Source of the DNA: a virus
Lineage: Duplodnaviria > Caudoviricetes
IMG/VR virus record: IMGVR_UViG_3300020159_000294
Span: 1 to 27,926 of that record
Length of the DNA stretch: 27,926 nt
Strand: one strand, 5' to 3'
Part shown: piece by piece, positions 26,660 to 27,926 of the stretch
Numbering within the stretch: the stretch's first letter is position 1
Layout of the letters: each line of letters starts with the position of its first letter
Translations under genes and position numbers: made by a program
Notes under the pieces: model-generated
Told to the model about the DNA's origin: nothing
The model's database searches: none
The model's input: only the letters and a program-made list of their open reading frames with translations

Positions 26660-27926
26660 ATGGCAAACGAATTCAAAGTCAGGAAAGGCCTTGTAGTCAA
26701 TGGCTCAGGCTCAGTAATATTAGACATTCAAGGATCACAAGGTCAGTTATTCAGTGTAACAGACCAACTATCTGGATCCTTATTCTCAGTCAATGATATA
26801 TCAGGCGTGCCTGTTCTAGAGGCATTCTCTGATTCAACAGTCAAGATAGGTCAATATCTGGCTGAAGCCATCATAGTGTCCGGTAGTACTGCTAGAATAA
26901 CAGGCTCAATGTCATTAGCAGGGTTCTCAACCGGTAGTGTCTTGTTTGCTGGTACCGGTGGCGCTATTTCACAGAATAACTCTAACTTCTTTTGGGATAA
27001 TGCTAATAGTAGGTTGGGAATTGGTACTACACCAATAGGTTCTAACACTCTAAGTGTTGGTGGAACTAGTAGGTTTAGTAGTGATATAACAACAGCTACC
27101 AATTTAACAATAACGCCTGAAACTTCTTTTGGTATATTAAGATTTAAAGGCGCTGGAGAACGCCAGTATAATTTTGGAATGTCTGAAACTTCTGTTTGGA
27201 CAACAGGCGGTACTCACACCTTCGTAAACATAACAAAAGGATTTGTACCAACTTCAGGTACCGGTAATTTTATAAGTTTTGGAATTACTCCTACCATTAA
27301 CCAAACAGGTGGTGCAATAGGCGATACAAAAGGATTATATATTAATCCCACACTTAGTACTATTACAAACTGGCGTAGCATAGAATGGACAAACAATGAA
27401 TCTGGTTCTACTAGCTGGGGATTATATGGTGCAGGCACAGCGCCTAATCTATTAAATGGTAGGCTAACAGTTAACTCATCAATAACAGCATCACTAGCCC
27501 TAATCTCAGGTTCCGGTTCACAAAGACTAACAGTACAAGGCTCAGGCTCAAGTATACTAACAGTTGATGGTGCATTAGGAAGGCTGTTCTCAGTTGATGA
27601 CGCAGCATCAGGTTCACTATTCTCAGTTAATACAATATCAGGTCTACCTATCATGGAAGCCTTTTCTGATAACACAGTCAGGATAGGACAGTTTGGTCAA
27701 AGAGCCTTATTTGTTTCTCAGTCTAGAGTAGGTATAGGAAAAGAAGACAGTCTCAACGCTACATTAGATGTATCAGGTAGTATGGCCTTGACAGGTTCAT
27801 TTAACCACCAAGGTAACTATACTACTACAGGTGTTATTACAGCACAGACTCTTGTTATATCTACGATTAGTTCTAGCGTAGTTTACTCATCAGGTAGTAA
27901 CGTCTTTGGTAATAGCTTGAGTAATA
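26660..27926 (+). CDS. mosaic fibre protein C, 3'-truncated (not in the ORF track)
   Basis: The ATG at 26660 opens MANEFKVRKGLVVNGSGSVILDIQGSQGQLFSV..., with no stop to the window end. It shares WDNANSRLGIGT, GLYINPTL...IEW.NN.SGSTSWGLYGAGTAPN and TAQTLV..TISSS....SGS..FGNSLSN modules with fibres A and B. Confidence 0.85.
   Translation, partial: MANEFKVRKGLVVNGSGSVILDIQGSQGQLFSVTDQLSGSLFSVNDISGVPVLEAFSDSTVKIGQYLAEAIIVSGSTARITGSMSLAGFSTGSVLFAGTGGAISQNNSNFFWDNANSRLGIGTTPIGSNTLSVGGTSRFSSDITTATNLTITPETSFGILRFKGAGERQYNFGMSETSVWTTGGTHTFVNITKGFVPTSGTGNFISFGITPTINQTGGAIGDTKGLYINPTLSTITNWRSIEWTNNESGSTSWGLYGAGTAPNLLNGRLTVNSSITASLALISGSGSQRLTVQGSGSSILTVDGALGRLFSVDDAASGSLFSVNTISGLPIMEAFSDNTVRIGQFGQRALFVSQSRVGIGKEDSLNATLDVSGSMALTGSFNHQGNYTTTGVITAQTLVISTISSSVVYSSGSNVFGNSLSN

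Noticed and set aside
16012-27432. CRISPR array suggested by 32-33 bp repeats
   Set aside because: Each repeat occurs only twice, kilobases apart and inside coding sequence, with no spacer periodicity.
13168-27675. Short antisense or alternative-frame ORFs in the fibre/neck region, including 26851 and 27214
   Set aside because: They overlap real genes. The last two are antisense to the unlisted + strand fibre C starting at 26660.
13750-27926. Diversity-generating retroelement or shufflon as explanation for the fibre repeats
   Set aside because: No reverse transcriptase or invertase is in the window, the repeats are short, direct and coding, and I saw no ~100-bp template/variable pair differing only at adenines. 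One elsewhere in the genome cannot be excluded.

Overview
The window is the virion-morphogenesis region of a large, AT-rich tailed phage with T4-type head genes. Every credible gene is on the + strand. Gene order: a partial PD-(D/E)xK-like protein, two small or membrane proteins, terminase large subunit, gp20-like portal, three putative head/internal proteins plus a 44-aa basic YRGQGR peptide missed by the ORF track, gp21-like prohead protease, acidic scaffold, gp23-like major capsid protein with a terminator, and phoH. These are followed by a beta-sandwich adaptor, a mosaic fibre with an Asp-box propeller, gp13/gp14/gp15-like neck and tail-completion genes, two small virion proteins, a second mosaic fibre, three tandem LamG-like paralogs and a third fibre running off the window. 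A-rich starts without Shine-Dalgarno sequences and Bacteroidota-type fibre modules suggest a Bacteroidota host (inference). Main observations: (1) fibre and LamG genes are patchworks joined by exact 14-33 bp DNA blocks shared between paralogs, suggesting recombination-driven cassette shuffling; (2) a recurring intergenic ATATTTAT(T/A) box, whose core is the reverse complement of the T4 late promoter; (3) strong [S/T]-[G/A/S]-S enrichment concentrated in surface-exposed virion proteins, a possible modification sequon; (4) putative head polyproteins carrying KOW/SH3-like modules next to gp21-type cleavage motifs; (5) structured leaders before the scaffold and fibre genes. No tRNA, rRNA, CRISPR array, integrase, reverse transcriptase or invertase was recognised.
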